Positions 45,429 through 54,067 of a stretch of 56,567 nucleotides of DNA are shown one piece after another; position 1 is the stretch's first letter; each line of letters begins with the position of its first letter. This DNA is from a virus (taxonomy: Duplodnaviria > Caudoviricetes). The stretch is taken from positions 1-56,567 of IMG/VR virus record IMGVR_UViG_3300031237_000257; one strand, given 5' to 3'. The notes under the pieces were generated by a model. It saw nothing but the letters and a program-made list of their open reading frames with translations, made no database searches and was not told where the DNA came from. The position numbers and the translations under genes are program-made.

Positions 45429-46418
45429 ATGAACGACTCAGACACTCAAGCACCAACTGGGATCGCCACCTACCACGACCCATCGCACAACGCTGCAGCG
45501 CTCATTCTCGACCCGGGCACCATGAAGTCGATGAGCGACCTCGCGTTGATGATGTCGAAAGGCGTGACAACGGTTCCCAAGCATTTGAAAGGCAATCAGG
45601 CTGACTGCATGGCGGTAGTGCTGCAAGCAATGCAGTGGCAGATGAACCCTTTCGCGGTTGCGCAGAAGACGTTCATCGTCAACGGCGGAGCATTGAGCTA
45701 CGAGGCGCAGCTTGTCAACGCAGTGATCACCGCGAAGGCACCAGTCAAAGGTCGCTTGAACTTCGAGTGGTTCGGTGCCTGGGAAAACGTCATCGGCAAG
45801 ATGCGCGAAGTCACCAGCAAAACCAAGAAGGACGAGGACACCGGTGAGTTCAAAAAGTACCGCGTTCCGGCTTGGAGCTTTGACGACGAAAAAGGTCTCG
45901 GGATCAAGGTCTGGGCAACTTTCAAAGGTGAAGACGAGCCGCGCACTCTAGAGCTTCTGCTTACCCAGGTGCGCACGCGGAACTCTACGCTTTGGGCTGA
46001 AGACCCGAAGCAGCAGATCGCCTACTTAGTGACGAAGAAATGGGCGCGACTCTTCTGCCCTGACGTCATCCTCGGCGTCTATACACCCGATGAATTCGAA
46101 GACTCGTACGGTGGAGAAATCGACATCACCCCTGTGAAGCAAGCTGCGAACACTGCGGCCGCGTCCAGCGTTTCCTTCGGCCCGAAATCCCCATCGCCGG
46201 AAATCGACGGGGTATTCGTAGACCTTTTGGCCGTGGCGAAGCAGCAGGACATTGAAGCCTATGCCACTGCTTGGGCAGGTCTCAAGCCGAAGCAGCGCGC
46301 GGCGATCGGCCTAGAGTGCCATGAAGCGCTCAAGGCCATGGCGGCAACTGTTGATGGCGACTTCACCGAAATCACTGGCAACCACGAAGGCCTGTCTCAG
46401 GCCGAGGAAGCGGCGTAG
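45429..46418 (+). CDS. recT: RecT-family single-strand annealing protein
   Basis: VPKHLKGNQADC, MNPFAVAQKT, WARLFCPDVILGVYTPDE. Confidence 0.88.
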   Translation: MNDSDTQAPTGIATYHDPSHNAAALILDPGTMKSMSDLALMMSKGVTTVPKHLKGNQADCMAVVLQAMQWQMNPFAVAQKTFIVNGGALSYEAQLVNAVITAKAPVKGRLNFEWFGAWENVIGKMREVTSKTKKDEDTGEFKKYRVPAWSFDDEKGLGIKVWATFKGEDEPRTLELLLTQVRTRNSTLWAEDPKQQIAYLVTKKWARLFCPDVILGVYTPDEFEDSYGGEIDITPVKQAANTAAASSVSFGPKSPSPEIDGVFVDLLAVAKQQDIEAYATAWAGLKPKQRAAIGLECHEALKAMAATVDGDFTEITGNHEGLSQAEEAA

Positions 46419-47080
46419 TGAGAACGGAACTTCAGGGCACTGAAAAGTGGCATGCGGACCGATCTGGCCGAGTGACAGCCAGCCGGTTTAAAGATGTGAT
46501 CGCCTGGGGGAAGCCTGACAAAAATGGGAAGCGCGAGCCGATGGGGGCTCGCACCTCATACATGCGCGAGCTTTGCTTCGAGCGACTGGCGAAGAAGTCC
46601 AAGCACAACGTCAGCAGCGCATCCCTGAAATGGGGTCACACAGAGGAGCAGAAGGCTCAGGATGCCTACGAGATGTTGACGGGCAACATCGTCGTGCCGT
46701 CAGAGTTCATCGTCCACCCGAAGTACGACTGGCTCGGTTGCTCACCAGACGGCCTTATCAACGATGACGGAGGCACCGAGTCGAAGTGCCCATTCAATGA
46801 AGCGATTCACGTCAGGACATGGCTCGAAGGCATGCCTGAGGAACACATGCCTCAGGTTCAGGGCTGCATGTTCGTTACGGGCCGGAAATGGTGGGACTTC
46901 CTGTCGTTCGATTCTCGCCAAGATGAAGAGTGTCAGCTCTACATCGAGACGATTTACCGCGACGAAGATTACATCGCCAACCTGCACAGAGAGTTGGTCC
47001 AGTTCAACCTGGAATTGAATCGCATGGTTGATGAGGTAGCGGACAAAGCCAGGGCGCAGGCCCACCGTTTAGGAGCTTGA
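46418..47080 (+). CDS. YqaJ / lambda-exonuclease family
   Basis: RSGRVTASRF, CSPDGLI, ESKCP, QVQG, WWDFLSFD. Confidence 0.93.
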   Translation: MRTELQGTEKWHADRSGRVTASRFKDVIAWGKPDKNGKREPMGARTSYMRELCFERLAKKSKHNVSSASLKWGHTEEQKAQDAYEMLTGNIVVPSEFIVHPKYDWLGCSPDGLINDDGGTESKCPFNEAIHVRTWLEGMPEEHMPQVQGCMFVTGRKWWDFLSFDSRQDEECQLYIETIYRDEDYIANLHRELVQFNLELNRMVDEVADKARAQAHRLGA

Positions 47081-47082
47081 GC

Positions 47083-47325
47083 ATGATCAGTAACCACACC
47101 AATCTAGTCGAACAGCACCGGCCACAGGCCGAAGCGATATCGGACAAGATTGCGCAGTACCTCGCCGCCGGCGGGCGAATCGATGAACTCAAAAGCCCGC
47201 CACGCAATCCGCTGCCACCTCCCCGCTCGGAAAAAATAGACCCTGAAACGGTCCTCAGGCGGCGCCCAAAACCGATATCGGCTGCTGACCGCAAGGCGCT
47301 GCGCAAAATGGCGGACTCACTATGA
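47083..47325 (+). CDS. Hypothetical protein
   Basis: AGGAG RBS; IAQYLAAGGRI motif. Confidence 0.72.
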   Translation: MISNHTNLVEQHRPQAEAISDKIAQYLAAGGRIDELKSPPRNPLPPPRSEKIDPETVLRRRPKPISAADRKALRKMADSL

Positions 47326-47783
47326 GCAAGCGGAAGCCTAACAATGGATTCGCCCGCGCCGAACGCAGCTGCCGGGCACTCCTTCGGACCAATCACGTCG
47401 CGGTTGTGAACATCGACCCGAGCGGCGCACAGATCATGGCGAACTGGAAAAGCTGCCGGCAGATTCGGAGCTTGGCGATCGCCAATGCCTTGTTCGACTT
47501 CGCCTACCACTGGACGATCTACCTCAGCGCCATGTGTCGAGACGAGCGCGGCGTTGAGTACGTCAAGTCGGTAGAGATATCGCCCGAAGGCATCTACAAG
47601 GTCGAGCGCCTCACGGATGCTATCGAGCATTACTACCTGGAGCTGCGAAACAGCTGCAACCCGAACCATATGGTCGCGTCAGGCTGGATCGCCGTCCCAG
47701 CGGAGGTATCGCTTGATGAGGCGCAGGCCGCGAAGCTGTTCTACGCCGCCGGCGCTTGGCATCAAGTGAAGGTCGCCGCATGA
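47322..47783 (+). CDS. Hypothetical protein
   Basis: ATGA-coupled 153-aa ORF. Confidence 0.78.
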   Translation: MSKRKPNNGFARAERSCRALLRTNHVAVVNIDPSGAQIMANWKSCRQIRSLAIANALFDFAYHWTIYLSAMCRDERGVEYVKSVEISPEGIYKVERLTDAIEHYYLELRNSCNPNHMVASGWIAVPAEVSLDEAQAAKLFYAAGAWHQVKVAA

Positions 47784-47864
47784 GACGAATCAACCACCAG
47801 GTGCGCCAGCGCCGACGACAGACATGGCTGGATATACCGGCCCACGGAATTGAAGAGGCAGGCC

Positions 47865-48209
47865 ATGGCCAAGAGCAACGCGGACGTTCAGAAGGACAAG
47901 CGAGCCAGGGAGAAGGCGCTGCTCGACAAGATCGGCGCCGAGAAGCGCACGCTGATTGTGTCGAAGGCGCTTGCTGATGCGCTTCAAGTGCTGGGCGATC
48001 GCCATGACTTCGAGGAATGGCAAGAGACGGTGTCGACTTTCCTGCTCAACCTCGCCGCCGCGCCAGCCGAAGTTTCTGCCCGCTTCGCCACTATGTCGCG
48101 ACCTGAAATCGTGATCACGAGAAACCAGTCGCGACAGCTTGAAGAGTTCGCGAAGACCGGTATTGAAGCGCAACCGGTCCCGGTAACGAGCGTTTGTTCT
48201 TGCAGGTGA
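47865..48209 (+). CDS. Hypothetical protein
   Basis: GAGG upstream of MAKSNAD. Confidence 0.7.
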   Translation: MAKSNADVQKDKRAREKALLDKIGAEKRTLIVSKALADALQVLGDRHDFEEWQETVSTFLLNLAAAPAEVSARFATMSRPEIVITRNQSRQLEEFAKTGIEAQPVPVTSVCSCR

Positions 48210-48227
48210 GCAAGGCGCTCAACCCGA

Positions 48228-49115
48228 TTAATCTATGACTTTTGGTGAAAATACCGCTTTACCGAACATGTCAAGGTCATGTTGAAATGCAGCCAGCGTT
48301 CCTGAGGAGGCTGCACGATCTGGATTTTTGGCTAAAGCTTTTTCAATCACAGCCTGCTGGCTTGAACTGATTTCCTTATACATTTCTGAAATCTCTCTCG
48401 CCTTACCGAACATGTACTGTGCAAATCCTTTTGGCCAATAATAACTTCGCGGGGAAATCTTCCCTCCATTTAAAGCCACCCTACTAGATCTCATTTGCCT
48501 CGATTCGGAGTGTCCTGAAAGCCCCAATATTATAAATCTTGGGAGTTTTGTATAAACCATTATCTGGCCATTTCCGATCAAGACGTCCATGTGCATGTTT
48601 CTAAGAAAATAGCGGTTAATATTCTCTGGCGCATCCGCATTAGTGCTACTAATTGGCTCCAGCGGATATAAATGTTGCTCATAAACACCAAGGGTCTTCG
48701 TCTTTCCGAGAAGGAATGATGCTAGACCTTCTAGTGTTTTCAGCTCCTTCTCATCAAGGGCACTATCTGATCTGGAGCTCTGTGAGCGAATGTAGCTCAG
48801 AGTACGCCAACTGAGCGACGCGCAAAATTTTGCGAGCCAATCGCCGTAATACGCCGTGGCGGCTTCATCATTTACAAACGGATAGAATATTTTATTCGCA
48901 AACTCCCTCTCCCAACCTGAAAATAACTGTTCGCAGTTGCCGCAAAGCCAGTAATCTTTAGCAATGTCCTGCGCTCTTTTATTTATATTCTGATTGAGTC
49001 GAATATAGCCGGTAGCAGAAGAGTCCTTTACCCACTTCCCTACAAACTTTGGAATGAAGTGGCTGAGTTTTAGCTCACCGAGTGAACCACATAATTTACA
49101 TTCTCCTTCCACCAT
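48228..49115 (-). CDS. HNH-like zinc-binding protein (antisense moron)
   Basis: CKLC...SHFIP...LCGNCEQLF; AT-rich. Confidence 0.72.
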   Translation of the reverse strand: MVEGECKLCGSLGELKLSHFIPKFVGKWVKDSSATGYIRLNQNINKRAQDIAKDYWLCGNCEQLFSGWEREFANKIFYPFVNDEAATAYYGDWLAKFCASLSWRTLSYIRSQSSRSDSALDEKELKTLEGLASFLLGKTKTLGVYEQHLYPLEPISSTNADAPENINRYFLRNMHMDVLIGNGQIMVYTKLPRFIILGLSGHSESRQMRSSRVALNGGKISPRSYYWPKGFAQYMFGKAREISEMYKEISSSQQAVIEKALAKNPDRAASSGTLAAFQHDLDMFGKAVFSPKVID

Positions 49116-49181
49116 AAACCCACCCGCTAGCTAGTCGTCCAGACATCTAATACCCCACTTCAACGAATCACGCCAGCCAAG

Positions 49182-49502
49182 TCAGAACCCTGAAGTCCTG
49201 CCCCTACCCTGAAGGCTCCATTTGTCCGGTTCGTTACCGACAGAAAGATGAATCCGGTCGTCGTAACTGCACACGAAACGAACCCGATCCTCTGTCAGGT
49301 TGTTGTGGCTGGCAATCGCCCTGGTAGTGCGATACCTCTCTTTGCCTGCCTCCGACTCTTCCTTCATCCATTTATGGACTCGGCAAGCATCACGTTTAAC
49401 GCCGATCCAGCCGAACAAAGTCTGCATTCCATAAAGCGCTAATCCCGCGGCTGCGCCTCCGAACGACGTCGAGATGATGTCGTTTATCAGTTCCTGATCC
49501 AT
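49182..49502 (-). CDS. TM-anchored hypothetical protein (antisense moron)
   Basis: Hydrophobic N-terminus, wHTH-like RTTRAIASHNNLTEDRVRFVC. Confidence 0.72.
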   Translation of the reverse strand: MDQELINDIISTSFGGAAAGLALYGMQTLFGWIGVKRDACRVHKWMKEESEAGKERYRTTRAIASHNNLTEDRVRFVCSYDDRIHLSVGNEPDKWSLQGRGRTSGF

Positions 49503-49552
49503 CGGAAACCCTCACAAATTAATCCGCTGTATATACCCGGCGAGGATCCCCT

Positions 49553-50503
49553 ATGCCTACTCACAACATCGTCAGCATAAGCGGCGGTAAAGACAGCACG
49601 GCTACGTTGCTGGTCGCCCGCGAGCTGGAGGTGCCGAACCTCAGCGCTGTAGTGGCTGACACCGGGCATGAGCATCCAGAGACGTACGACTACATCCACT
49701 ACCTGGCTGAAGCTACCGGTGTTCCCATCCGGTGGGTGAAGGCGGACTTCTCCAGACAGATCGCCGGAAAACGCAAATTCATCGAGACGAAATGGCGCGA
49801 AAAGGGTGTGGCGGAATCCGTGGTGCTGGGTGCTTTGGAAGTTCTGCACCCTACAGGCAACCCGTTCCTGGACTTGTGCCTGTGGAAAGGCCGATTCCCC
49901 AGCACCAAGGCGCGCTTCTGCACCGACGAACTCAAGCGCAACCCAATCATCGAGCAGGTCTACCTGCCACTCATGGACGGCGAGAACATGCTGCTGTCTT
50001 GGCAAGGTGTGCGGGCTGATGAGTCGCCGGCCCGGAAGTACCTACCAGAGTGCGATGAGGTTGGAGGCGGTCTATTCAACTACCGGCCGATTCTGAAATG
50101 GACTGTCGATTCGGTGTTCGAAGCTCACCGGGCGGCAGGCATCAAGCCTAACCCCCTGTACTTAAAAGGCTGCAATCGAGTGGGGTGCATGCCATGCATC
50201 ATGTGTGCAAAAGATGAACTCAGGCAGATAGCCGCCAGGTGGCCAGACGAAGTTGACCGGGTGCGTGAGTGGGAGCGACTGGTGAGCATCGCCAGCAAGC
50301 GCGGAGCGGCTACGTTCTTCGCCACCGTCACCGACCCCACCGTCCGGTCAGATGACAAGGTCAGCGCCGTCACGCACGGAATTGACCGGATAGTCGATTG
50401 GAGCAACACCGCTCGCGGTGGCCGCCAGTTCGACATGGTCGACCTGATTGCGCGCACCGACAGTCAGAACAGTTGTTCTTCGGCCTACGGGCTTTGCGAG
50501 TGA
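49553..50503 (+). CDS. PAPS-reductase-family (PP-loop) protein
   Basis: SISGGKDS, ADTGHE, RFCTDELK, GVRADES, RVGCMPC. Confidence 0.9.
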   Translation: MPTHNIVSISGGKDSTATLLVARELEVPNLSAVVADTGHEHPETYDYIHYLAEATGVPIRWVKADFSRQIAGKRKFIETKWREKGVAESVVLGALEVLHPTGNPFLDLCLWKGRFPSTKARFCTDELKRNPIIEQVYLPLMDGENMLLSWQGVRADESPARKYLPECDEVGGGLFNYRPILKWTVDSVFEAHRAAGIKPNPLYLKGCNRVGCMPCIMCAKDELRQIAARWPDEVDRVREWERLVSIASKRGAATFFATVTDPTVRSDDKVSAVTHGIDRIVDWSNTARGGRQFDMVDLIARTDSQNSCSSAYGLCE

Positions 50504-50504
50504 C

Positions 50505-51164
50505 CTAGTTAATGAGCTTAGGCCTCAGATAGGCCTCGACAGTGGCCAAAGCAGCGTCAAGCTCCGACTTGAAGACGTCATCACCGTCAAGCGGTGACTC
50601 GTACAGTACGTCTCGACGTTTCGCCAAGATGTCCACATAAGCCTGAGCCATATCATCCTTCTCGTCCGGGTTGATCGTAATCAAATAGCTGCGAACGTTC
50701 ATCAACAGTTCATGCTGAAGCTTAAAAATAGGGGTGAAGCGTGATTTCACTTCCCCATCCCACACCGCCTCGCTTTCTAACAGCGATGTGTTCAACCGTG
50801 CGCGCACTTCATCAACCAGAGAGAACCGTTTTTCATACGCCCGAACCGTGCTTCTGTAATTGCTTTGTAAGAAGTTGAGATTCTGGCCCTGCTCCTCTGC
50901 ACCTCCCTCGCTACCCAGCATTACTGGATTTCTCACATTACCAATGCCATCTCGAAGCCTGTACAGATCCATAAGCAACCTGCGGGAAAGGTCGTGATCT
51001 GACGTGCCCTTGTTCTGTCTGCGCCATGTCGCCAGACCGGAAAACCCAACCCAGGCGGCCAGCCCCACACCGATCCCGCTAATGATTGTGCCAATAACGC
51101 TGAACACATCCTTCGTAAGCGCCCAGTCCGCATCCGTGATCGCGAAGCAAATTGACATCATCAT
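50505..51164 (-). CDS. TM-anchored helical hypothetical protein (antisense moron)
   Basis: GAGGGG RBS; TM helix then TWRRQ; start 51158-51164. Confidence 0.78.
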   Translation of the reverse strand: MMMSICFAITDADWALTKDVFSVIGTIISGIGVGLAAWVGFSGLATWRRQNKGTSDHDLSRRLLMDLYRLRDGIGNVRNPVMLGSEGGAEEQGQNLNFLQSNYRSTVRAYEKRFSLVDEVRARLNTSLLESEAVWDGEVKSRFTPIFKLQHELLMNVRSYLITINPDEKDDMAQAYVDILAKRRDVLYESPLDGDDVFKSELDAALATVEAYLRPKLIN

Positions 51165-51205
51165 CCCCTCAAAAATTGGCTGAACTATAGCCGCGAGGTT
51201 TCCCC

Positions 51206-52129
51206 ATGCCCACAGCAATCGATTTATTCGCCGGTCTCGGCGGATGGTCAACCGGTGCCCGCAATGCCGGCATCGATGTTATCTGGGCGGCCAACCACTG
51301 GCCGGTCGCCGTCGAATGGCACAGCGCCAACCACCCGCAAGCGATACATATCTGCCAGGACCTGCACCAGGCTGATTGGTCGAAAGTGCCGGCCCACGAC
51401 ATCATGCTGGCATCGCCGTGCTGCCAAGGTCATTCGAAGGCCCGCGGCAAGAAGTCAGGCAATGCGCAGCACGATGCATCCCGCTCGACAGCATGGGCCG
51501 TGGTTTCTGCTGCTGAGTACCACAAGCCGGAAGTAGTGCTGGTCGAGAACGTCGAAGAATTCACTGATTGGGCGCTGTACCCGGCCTGGTCGCAGGCCAT
51601 GGCGGCGCTTGGCTACATGATTGCGCCGCACGTAGTTGACTGCGCAGACCTCGGCGTTCCCCAGCACCGCGTGCGGCTATTCCTGGTCTGTACCCGCAGT
51701 AAGTCGCCGCTGATGCTCGAGCTGCACCGTCGCCAGCACGTTCCGGCCGCCAGCTTCCTTCAGTTCGATGCGGGGCGCTGGTCTGCGATAGAGAAACCCG
51801 GCCGGGCGCAAGCAACCCTCGACAGGGTACGCAACGGCCGAGAGCGCTTCGCCGATCAATTCATCATGCCCTACTACGGCAAAGGCTCAGGGCTGACCGG
51901 CCGCGATATCAACCGCCCGATCGGCACCATCACCACGCTTGACCGATGGGCGCTGGTCCGAGGCGACGAGATGCGAATGCTGTCGGCGAATGAGGCATTG
52001 GCCGCAATGTCATTCCCGGCCGACACGAAGCGCCCGGACAATCACCGGCTGACCATGCACATGGCCGGCAATGCAGTGCCACCGCTGGCCGGACAGCGGA
52101 TTATTGAGGCACTGAAGGCTGCTGCTTAG
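51206..52129 (+). CDS. DNA (cytosine-5)-methyltransferase
   Basis: DLFAGLGG, SPCCQGHS, VENV, PQHRVRLF, GNAV motifs. Confidence 0.93.
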   Translation: MPTAIDLFAGLGGWSTGARNAGIDVIWAANHWPVAVEWHSANHPQAIHICQDLHQADWSKVPAHDIMLASPCCQGHSKARGKKSGNAQHDASRSTAWAVVSAAEYHKPEVVLVENVEEFTDWALYPAWSQAMAALGYMIAPHVVDCADLGVPQHRVRLFLVCTRSKSPLMLELHRRQHVPAASFLQFDAGRWSAIEKPGRAQATLDRVRNGRERFADQFIMPYYGKGSGLTGRDINRPIGTITTLDRWALVRGDEMRMLSANEALAAMSFPADTKRPDNHRLTMHMAGNAVPPLAGQRIIEALKAAA

Positions 52130-52164
52130 TCTGATCCAGGCTCACGCCTAGGTGAATGAGAAAG

Positions 52165-53085
52165 TTATCCGAATGCTGACGATTCAAATAAAGCTTTAGC
52201 AAACTTTTGATTCTGTCGATCCGGGAGGTGCTTCAGAAGTCCATATTTCTCGCAAAGACTTTTTAAGTCTTTGCCTTCTGGAGTCAAACAATACAGCATT
52301 ATGCATTCTGATTCATACACACTAAAGGTCGCTGCAACGATTCCGGCATATGTTTTTTTGGTAATGGAGTCTGGCGTTTCAAATCCTTTAATCAAAACTG
52401 GATTAACATAAAGAGGACTGCGACGCTGTGGAACCCCGTAATTATCTATATATAAAAGAAACTCAAATAGCGTTCTAAAATACCGCCCCAATGCCTCCCG
52501 AGACTTCTCATGAAATGATTGGGCTCTATCCATAATATATTTAGCAGGGATATCAGCGGATCCAATTGTAACCGCCACGGTGTCAACATTGTATTTTTTG
52601 GAATAGGATTCAAACGCATCGGCCCCAATAACAGCTGTGGCCATGTGAAAGAATTTCGCTGTTTCGGAATTTTTAGTGTGGAGATCTAAAAGTCCGAAGA
52701 ACACCGTCTCGAAACTTTGACGCTCGATTAATTTACTTTGTTCTTTAAAAATTTTTGTCTGTTGAGCCTGAGTAATTTGAGATGCTTTAGCCTCCGCTCT
52801 TGCCGCTTTTAGCTCAGACGCCTGAGATCTTAGGCTTAACACTACTGCAAGCAAAGCTATAAAGCTCAGAATCGGATTTAGAACTCCTCCAACAAAATCT
52901 CCAATTTGGCCCCAATAAGTAGCAGACGCCGGATTAACCACTTTTAAAAACGGGATGTCAACACCAAACTGAAAATGAGAAATCAAAAGTAAAGAAATGC
53001 AGGCGATAGATATAAGTGCCAGTAAAACAAGCCACGTGCCATTTAAACTTGATCCGCTTTCTTCAACAGCTTTTTCATCGTCCAT
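52165..53085 (-). CDS. Putative abortive-infection protein (putAbiC-like) with N-terminal TM helices
   Basis: WGQIGDFVGG, QSFETVFFGLL, LGRYFRTLF, KKTYA, EKYGLLKHL. Confidence 0.72.
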   Translation of the reverse strand: MDDEKAVEESGSSLNGTWLVLLALISIACISLLLISHFQFGVDIPFLKVVNPASATYWGQIGDFVGGVLNPILSFIALLAVVLSLRSQASELKAARAEAKASQITQAQQTKIFKEQSKLIERQSFETVFFGLLDLHTKNSETAKFFHMATAVIGADAFESYSKKYNVDTVAVTIGSADIPAKYIMDRAQSFHEKSREALGRYFRTLFEFLLYIDNYGVPQRRSPLYVNPVLIKGFETPDSITKKTYAGIVAATFSVYESECIMLYCLTPEGKDLKSLCEKYGLLKHLPDRQNQKFAKALFESSAFG

Positions 53086-53176
53086 GTAACATTCCTGTTT
53101 GTTTTTTTCGACAATCAAATCGTACCAAAAACTTCGAACTTTAGCCGCCCGGGCATGACCCGGCATAGGACGCCCC

Positions 53177-53608
53177 ATGCCCACAGAAAACAAACTCGCT
53201 CTGAAGCGCCAGCGTGCCGAGCACGTCAACCAGGCTATCCGGGTCATCGCCGACCACGGACGCCGGTTCTTCTACTGCCAGGCCGTTAATCGCTACGCCA
53301 GCATGGAAGTCGATCACCGCGGCAAGGTCTGGCTCATCGATGACTACAGCGGGAAGCGCGTCTTCACGCATGCAACGGTCTGTGGTGGCCGGTGGCGCGG
53401 GTTCAGTCACGGCGGCACGCTGAAGGATATGGTCAAAGCCTTCCGGGACTACATCTGCACCGGCGAACCGCTGCACCCTGGCTATCTCGGCCCTGAGCGT
53501 TTAGACGACAGCAACATCTGGGGTTACGACGAGGCCGGCATGAAGGCTGTGCGCGAGCAAGCCGGCGCCCTTCCCGTGTTCCGCCAGCCAGACGCGGAGG
53601 CCGCATGA
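53177..53608 (+). CDS. Hypothetical early protein
   Basis: AGGA RBS; WRGFSHGGTL motif. Confidence 0.78.
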   Translation: MPTENKLALKRQRAEHVNQAIRVIADHGRRFFYCQAVNRYASMEVDHRGKVWLIDDYSGKRVFTHATVCGGRWRGFSHGGTLKDMVKAFRDYICTGEPLHPGYLGPERLDDSNIWGYDEAGMKAVREQAGALPVFRQPDAEAA

Positions 53609-53652
53609 AGCGCATCTACCACAGCGGCCCCTGTCCGACCTGCCCGGCCCCA
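53605..53652 (+). pseudogene. 5' remnant of DUF4406-like gene
   Basis: MKRIYHSGP then frame break; resembles recalled MKRIYLSGPM start. Confidence 0.45.
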
Positions 53653-53687
53653 GAATCCCTGCTCAGCGAAGTAGTCGGATTAAGAAA

Positions 53688-53948
53688 TTACTCAGTTGGG
53701 CGTTTACCCTCAAAAAAAACGTTCACTATTCGACCTTCATCATTCAGAAGAAGCGTCACTCGTCCCTCCTCGTTACCTGTCGGCGCCTCATCACCAATAC
53801 TGATCACGCGAACCTTTCTTTCGAGTAGCTCCTTGATTGCCGTGGGACTACCTGGCCGGGACATCGGCCACGGAGTCCAATCGTCCCCTGCTACCTCAGC
53901 CCAGGGCCAAGGAACATCACCTCCACCGTTTCCACCTTTTTTGCCCAT
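53688..53948 (-). CDS. Small protein with I78/potato-inhibitor-I-like C-terminus
   Basis: GGGAG RBS; VRVISIGD...GRVTLLLNDEGRIVNVFFEG. Confidence 0.55.
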   Translation of the reverse strand: MGKKGGNGGGDVPWPWAEVAGDDWTPWPMSRPGSPTAIKELLERKVRVISIGDEAPTGNEEGRVTLLLNDEGRIVNVFFEGKRPTE

Positions 53949-54067
53949 GTGCCACTCCCGAATCCGGCCCCATGCCGGTTTGTAACGAATAGTCCACTTC
54001 AAACAATCACGCCACTTTCTCGGCCCCCCCTTTCAAAGTCAGCCGCTATAGCGGCAAAGGAACAGTC

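Noticed and set aside
47780-47977. Arg-rich ORF MRRINHQVRQRRRQ as an N-like antiterminator
   Set aside because: Far from pL and mostly overlapping 47865-48209; the ORF may be real but the function cannot be supported
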